From Promethearchaeota archaeon (lineage in GTDB: Archaea > Asgardarchaeota > Lokiarchaeia > Sigyniarchaeales > SOKP01), in contig SDNY01000057.1 in assembly GCA_004524535.1 (NCBI GenBank), forward strand, positions 1-22,259: a stretch of DNA of 22,259 bases, written 5' to 3'. The notes under the pieces were generated by a model that saw nothing but the letters and a program-made list of their open reading frames with translations, had not been told where the DNA came from and made no database searches. The position numbers and the translations under genes are program-made. Below are positions 17,928-22,259 of this stretch, piece after piece. The stretch's first letter is position 1. Each line of letters opens with the position of its first letter.

Positions 17928-18860
17928 ATGGCAAATAGAACTGCATATAGCAATTTGGTAAAAACAATGAGGGAAGGTAAATTCCTTTTTACTGGAGAAT
18001 TAGAGCCAAAAAAAATGTTTGATCTATCCTCTGTACTTCATTCAGCTGAAGAAATGAAAAAAACAGGGAAAATTGTTGCAGCTAATGTTACAGACGGACC
18101 ACAAGGAGATGCATATACATGTTCAATGGTACCAAGTTATTTAGTCCAGGAAAAGGTTGGATTAGAGGCAATTTGGCAGATGACTGTGAGAGATAGAAAT
18201 CGGATTGCACTATTTGGAGACATTTTAGGTGGATCGATTCTTGGACTTAAAAATCTGCTAGCATTGACGGGAGACCATTCAGCTTTAGGGGATAATAAAA
18301 ACGCAAGAGCTGTCTATGATCTCGATTCCACGCAGTTAATCGATTTAGTCTCCAAAATGGTCGATGATGGTACTGATCTAGAAGGTAATGAAATTGAAGG
18401 CGGGAAAGTTGAAATGAATGTGGGATGCGCTGCTAATCCAAATTCGGATCCCAGAGAACCAGAGATCCTAAAAGTAGGAAGAAAAGTTGAAGTTGGCGCT
18501 GATTTCATACAGACTCAAACTTCTTTCGATATTGATGAAGCTAAAGAGTTTCTAAAAGATTTGGAAAAATTCAATATTCCCGTGTTACTTGGTTTATTTC
18601 CAATAAAAAATTACGGGATAGCATGGTATTTCAACGAATATATTCCAGGAGTATCTGTTCCCAAAGATTTCTTGAACGACCTTAAAGCTACTAAAAAAAT
18701 AAAAGATAAGAAAGAAAAATATGCGAAAATTGATCAGATTAATATTGACTTTTACGTACCATTTATTAAGGAAATCAAGAAAACTACGAAAGCGGCTGGT
18801 GTACATTGTATGGCAGTTCATTATGAAAGACTTTTCGAGCCGCTATTAAAGGAATTTTAA
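17928..18860 (+). CDS. metF: Methylenetetrahydrofolate reductase flavin subunit (MetF)
   Basis: FTGELEP, NVTD, TVRDRNRIAL, LALTGD and KVEVGADFIQTQ motifs. Confidence 0.93.
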   Translation: MANRTAYSNLVKTMREGKFLFTGELEPKKMFDLSSVLHSAEEMKKTGKIVAANVTDGPQGDAYTCSMVPSYLVQEKVGLEAIWQMTVRDRNRIALFGDILGGSILGLKNLLALTGDHSALGDNKNARAVYDLDSTQLIDLVSKMVDDGTDLEGNEIEGGKVEMNVGCAANPNSDPREPEILKVGRKVEVGADFIQTQTSFDIDEAKEFLKDLEKFNIPVLLGLFPIKNYGIAWYFNEYIPGVSVPKDFLNDLKATKKIKDKKEKYAKIDQINIDFYVPFIKEIKKTTKAAGVHCMAVHYERLFEPLLKEF

Positions 18861-18899
18861 AATATAAATTAGAAAATTAATGAAATATCAAAATAAGAT

Positions 18900-18953
18900 A
18901 TGAATCAGAAGGATAAACAATTTCTCGAAATGTTATTGGACGATTGTAGAAGA
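18900..18953 (+). pseudogene. Remnant of the 5' end of an Lrp/AsnC-type HTH gene
   Basis: Translates as MNQKDKQFLEMLLDDCRR, versus LDEKDKIILEMLIEDSRR at the start of the adjacent Lrp gene (10/18 identical, ungapped). Similarity ends there. Confidence 0.6.
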
Positions 18954-18972
18954 TTTTTAATAGTAAAATATC

Positions 18973-18982
18973 TTTTTTTTTT
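18973..18982 (+). terminator. Oligo-T terminator candidate for the hdr-met operon
   Basis: T10 tract about 110 nt downstream of the metF stop. Confidence 0.5.
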
Positions 18983-19029
18983 ATCAAGAATAAAATTAGT
19001 TAAATCCAAAATAAATAAAAGGTACATTC

Positions 19030-19488
19030 ATGAAAAATTTAGACGAAAAAGACAAGATAATCCTTGAAATGCTAATAGAAGATTCAAGAAGACCATATCG
19101 CGAGATTGCGGATGGAATAGGATTGTCTGAATCAACAGTAAGAAAAAGAGTTATTCGGTTGCAAGAGGGTGGTGTAATTGAGAAGTTCACGATAAGGATC
19201 TGCCGAGAAGAAGAACGTTGTATAATTGCTTTTATCACTTTAATACCAAAATCGGAGATGGAAATAAAAGAATTATTAAGAGAGACTCAAGTATTACCTC
19301 AATGCGAAGAAGTTTACTTTCTTGCCGGTCAATGTGGGGTTTTAATTAAAGTTAATGTACCTGAAATTAACGAATTGGATGCATTAATGGAGTCTTTTCG
19401 TGCAAGGAGTGATGTAAAGAGCGTAGAGCGTGTTTGCGTTGTCTTAAAACCAATTAAAACTCCTACACCTAACAATCATCAATTTTAA
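19030..19488 (+). CDS. Lrp/AsnC family transcriptional regulator
   Basis: N-terminal HTH LDEKDKIIL..DSRRPYREIADGIGLSESTVRKRVIRL..GVI, followed by a RAM-like domain (EEVYFLAG). Confidence 0.92.
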   Translation: MKNLDEKDKIILEMLIEDSRRPYREIADGIGLSESTVRKRVIRLQEGGVIEKFTIRICREEERCIIAFITLIPKSEMEIKELLRETQVLPQCEEVYFLAGQCGVLIKVNVPEINELDALMESFRARSDVKSVERVCVVLKPIKTPTPNNHQF

Positions 19489-19537
19489 TAAAGGTTAAAC
19501 TTATTTTACTTGTTGTTGATAATAATAATATAAATAT

Positions 19538-20560
19538 TCAGCTGGAAAATAAGAATTTTCCATTTTTTTCAATTCTTTTAACTCTATCTTGACTTTCTAA
19601 ATAAATAAGATGAGCTAGAACTTCACTTAGTGCTAAAAAACTGTTTATCTCATCCAAGTCCTCTCCAAAGTGAATCTGAGAAATTTTGAAAGGAGTCATT
19701 GGATTATTTTCAATTAAACTTGAAATTTCATTAAGTCTATTTTTGTGGTGTTCTTTAATTTCCAAGATACGCTCATGTGGATTATAAATGACTTCTTGGT
19801 GAGCTGGGAAGATAATTTTTGGATTTAAATCGTCAATTCGATCCAAAGATTTTAAGTAATAATCCAAGATATTTTTAAAATCGTATTCTTTTTGGAGTTT
19901 GGGATTAACAAGAAAATTACCGATATGAGGGGTTATTCTAGAAAGAATGTGATCTCCTGAAAATAAATATCGATCATTTTCTTCAAATACGCAAATATGG
20001 CCAATAGAATGACCAGGAGTCCAAATTATCTTTAACTTATTAGTTTTGAAATTAATCTCCTCACCATCCCGTACAATTTTATCAGGTTCATGATATCTCC
20101 TTAACTTTGGCCACATCGTATGCCATTGAACTAATCTTTTTCCTTGGGCTTCACTAATCCCGAATTTAACCATTTCCTTAGCAATTTTCTTAGCTTCATT
20201 CTCTAATTCTTCAGAATTTTCTTTTTCTGACTCCCATTTCATAGTAGAATGAGTAAATTCACCCATTACAATTTGAATATTATGATTCATACGTTTAAAT
20301 TTCTTAATTAAACCAGTATGATCCAAATGTTGATGTGAGATAATGCAATAATCTATATCTTTAATAGATATATTTCTGTCTTGAAGGGCAGAAAAAAATA
20401 ATTTTTCCCAATTGCGCATATTTAATCCAGCATCGTAGAAAACTTTTTTACCATCGATTTCAAAATAAAAAATTGAAACAAATCCTACGTCGAAAGGCGT
20501 AGAAATTTTAAATTGATAAACTCCATCTATTTCATTAGACTCAGATTTAAATTTTGGCAA
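19538..20560 (-). CDS. Metallo-beta-lactamase-fold hydrolase with C-terminal winged helix
   Basis: DAG, SHQHLDHTG (HxHxDH), TPGHSIGH, SGDH and PAH motifs; TTG start. Confidence 0.9.
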   Translation of the reverse strand: MPKFKSESNEIDGVYQFKISTPFDVGFVSIFYFEIDGKKVFYDAGLNMRNWEKLFFSALQDRNISIKDIDYCIISHQHLDHTGLIKKFKRMNHNIQIVMGEFTHSTMKWESEKENSEELENEAKKIAKEMVKFGISEAQGKRLVQWHTMWPKLRRYHEPDKIVRDGEEINFKTNKLKIIWTPGHSIGHICVFEENDRYLFSGDHILSRITPHIGNFLVNPKLQKEYDFKNILDYYLKSLDRIDDLNPKIIFPAHQEVIYNPHERILEIKEHHKNRLNEISSLIENNPMTPFKISQIHFGEDLDEINSFLALSEVLAHLIYLESQDRVKRIEKNGKFLFSS

Positions 20561-20679
20561 AATTAAAGCTAGTAAATGATTTTATATTCTTTATTAAGAA
20601 AAGAATTAGAACAATTTTTAGGTTACTATTTAATAAAAGCCTAAATATAAAATGAGAAATTAAAAAAAATTTTATTATC

Positions 20680-21015
20680 TTATAAAACCTGTCTAATTTT
20701 CTTTGCCAATTCTTGAGCATCTGCTTCAGATTCTTCAAGAATTTTAAACATTTCTTCAGGAGCGACCAGTAACGAAGCATCTATTAATTTTTCTAGTCCT
20801 ATAACAGTAGTAAGCCTATCATTTTTAAATAGATGGAATATGACTCTGCCTAACTCATTTTTTAACGCTCCTTTTTCTGTATTTAATAGAGTGTTGTATA
20901 GCGCTGGACAAACTTCTTCTCGCGTTTCTTTACTAATACGACTGGAAAAAGAATATATTTGCGTACGTTGTTCATCAGTAATTTCTTCTTTCTTAACTTT
21001 TTCTATTAATTCCAT
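20680..21015 (-). CDS. Hypothetical helical protein (111 aa)
   Basis: Start moved to ATG 21015 (MELIEKVKKEE) because GGAGG lies at 21027-21023 and a TATA box at 21082-21075. No family recognised. Confidence 0.75.
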   Translation of the reverse strand: MELIEKVKKEEITDEQRTQIYSFSSRISKETREEVCPALYNTLLNTEKGALKNELGRVIFHLFKNDRLTTVIGLEKLIDASLLVAPEEMFKILEESEADAQELAKKIRQVL

Positions 21016-21074
21016 TTTTTTTCCTCCAATTTTTTTTTTAATTTTTATTACCATTTTATAATATAATCTCTTCA

Positions 21075-21082
21075 TATATAAA
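21075..21082 (-). promoter_or_regulatory. TATA box TTTATATA
   Basis: Matches the archaeal TATA consensus, 60 nt upstream of ATG 21015, with an SD motif in the implied 5' UTR. Confidence 0.55.
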
Positions 21083-21103
21083 TGCATTGGGAATCTTTCC
21101 TTA

Positions 21104-21123
21104 ACCGATTATACAGAATCGGT
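21104..21123. promoter_or_regulatory. Palindrome ACCGATT-N6-AATCGGT, candidate transcription-factor site
   Basis: 7-bp perfect inverted repeat with GC-containing arms, about 20-40 nt upstream of the minus-strand TATA box. Confidence 0.45.
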
Positions 21124-21494
21124 AAGAATCATTAAGATCTAATTTTTTCTGCGATTCTTATGACGAAAAACGGAATTCATCATTTTACGAGAGATTTTTT
21201 TACTTTTTAATCATTTTTATTAAATTAGTTTTTGAGAAACTGCAAAAATCGGAATTAATGATCACAATTTGTTACTATTTTCAATAAAACTAATTTTTTT
21301 GGGAAAAAAAAGAATAAAAGAGTTGTCGCAAAAAGTATAAAAACTTCCCAATCTATGATCGAAATCCTTAATAATTATTTTAAAAAATCTTTAAGATCGA
21401 TCAATATTGAATTCACAGATAGTTTTTAGTATTGAATTTTTGACAACCGTTAAAATTAGATTAGTAATTTCTATTTTTAAAATTTAAAAAATAT

Positions 21495-21507
21495 AAAAAA
21501 AAAAAAA
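21495..21507 (-). terminator. Oligo-T terminator candidate (T13 on the minus strand)
   Basis: A13 on the + strand immediately after the stop of the minus-strand membrane protein gene. Confidence 0.55.
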
Positions 21508-21515
21508 TAATTTAT

Positions 21516-22259
21516 TTATTTACCAAATAAGGCTTCCTCAAAACCTAATATAAATGCTAAATAGATGCATAAAATTGCTGATAGAATAATTAAACAAATG
21601 AGAATTATCCTTCCAATTGAGGTTCGAAAGAAACCACCTGTTTCGTCAATCATATCTGGTTTATTTAGATATTGCATTGTTTTCATATCTGGTTTTCGGA
21701 CTTCCAATGTACCGACTTGCATAAATTCACTGGCACGAATTCTTACATTATTAACCCATCGTTCATGATATAATGTAAGATATACCAATGTAACTAAGAA
21801 GGGAATTGCTGCACTCATTGCAATGATAAGACCAAACCATATGAAGGTTGTCATATATAGTTGCAATGCTTTTTCTGGACTTGTAATAAAACCTGAAGAT
21901 CCACCGCCTCCCAAAAGCGCCATGGCAAATTGTTGAGACAAATTAAATACCAATACGAGTCCAAAAAATGAAAGGATTTTACTTAATAAACCGCTTCTTA
22001 AAAATAAACCTAGTCGAATTGAATCTTGATTTGGAGTAATTCGATATGCTTGAATATCCTCAGCCATCCAAAATACTGGCATAACGAGCATGAGTATGAT
22101 TAAAGTCAATGGTCCTAAATAAAGCATCATGTCAATAATCAGTTCCTCTATGTTCATATACATCTCTGGATCTGTAGCCAAAATTCTCTGGTAAATAGAA
22201 GGTGCGACAAACTGAGAAATCACTACACTCATACCCATAGAGAGGAATAATACTTCTAA
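21516..22259 (-). CDS. Multi-pass membrane protein of unknown function, 5'-truncated by the window edge
   Basis: Several hydrophobic segments. The frame stays open past ATG 22238 to the window end (LEVLFLSMGMSV...). Confidence 0.8.
   Translation of the reverse strand, partial: LEVLFLSMGMSVVISQFVAPSIYQRILATDPEMYMNIEELIIDMMLYLGPLTLIILMLVMPVFWMAEDIQAYRITPNQDSIRLGLFLRSGLLSKILSFFGLVLVFNLSQQFAMALLGGGGSSGFITSPEKALQLYMTTFIWFGLIIAMSAAIPFLVTLVYLTLYHERWVNNVRIRASEFMQVGTLEVRKPDMKTMQYLNKPDMIDETGGFFRTSIGRIILICLIILSAILCIYLAFILGFEEALFGK

Noticed and set aside
21086-21352. MITE bounded by ATTGGGAA/TTCCCAAT
   Set aside because: The inverted repeat is only 8 bp, with no target-site duplication, no second copy and no transposase in the window.
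375-21768. Short antisense or overlapping ORFs in the track (e.g. 1460-1738, 2130-2363, 6583-6774, 13300-13530, 18996-19238, 20840-21061, 21565-21768)
   Set aside because: They are shadows of well-supported genes and have no motifs or expression signals of their own.
1-22259. CRISPR array, tRNA, rRNA, integrase or transposase
   Set aside because: I found no regularly spaced repeats, cloverleaf, GC-rich structural RNA segment or recombinase motifs by eye.

Overview
Very AT-rich prokaryotic DNA that looks archaeal. TATA-like promoters, oligo-T terminators, an archaeal-type GTP-dependent PEPCK, an F420-binding FrhB-family protein, an MglA/Rup-like small GTPase and paralogous GPH-type MFS transporters fit an Asgard (Lokiarchaeia-like) genome, but that taxonomy is inference. 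The core is a ~10.3 kb + strand operon (8592-18860): hdrC, hdrB, hdrA module A, hdrA module B, mvhD with a C-terminal wHTH, a fused hdrA(A+B)-mvhD, metV and metF. This is a heterodisulfide-reductase-coupled methylene-tetrahydrofolate/pterin reductase. It carries the HdrA/MvhD unit twice, once split and once fused. It has no NADH-input domain or hydrogenase, and it sits head-to-head with a stand-alone ferredoxin-FrhB gene that could supply electrons from F420H2. Flanking genes are pckG, two tandem MFS paralogs with duplicated promoters, a GTPase-wHTH fusion whose P-loop lies upstream of the first ATG (ATA start or frameshift), a Cys-rich Lrp/AsnC regulator preceded by a remnant of a second Lrp gene, an MBL-fold hydrolase and hypothetical proteins. 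No rRNA, tRNA, CRISPR array or transposase was seen.
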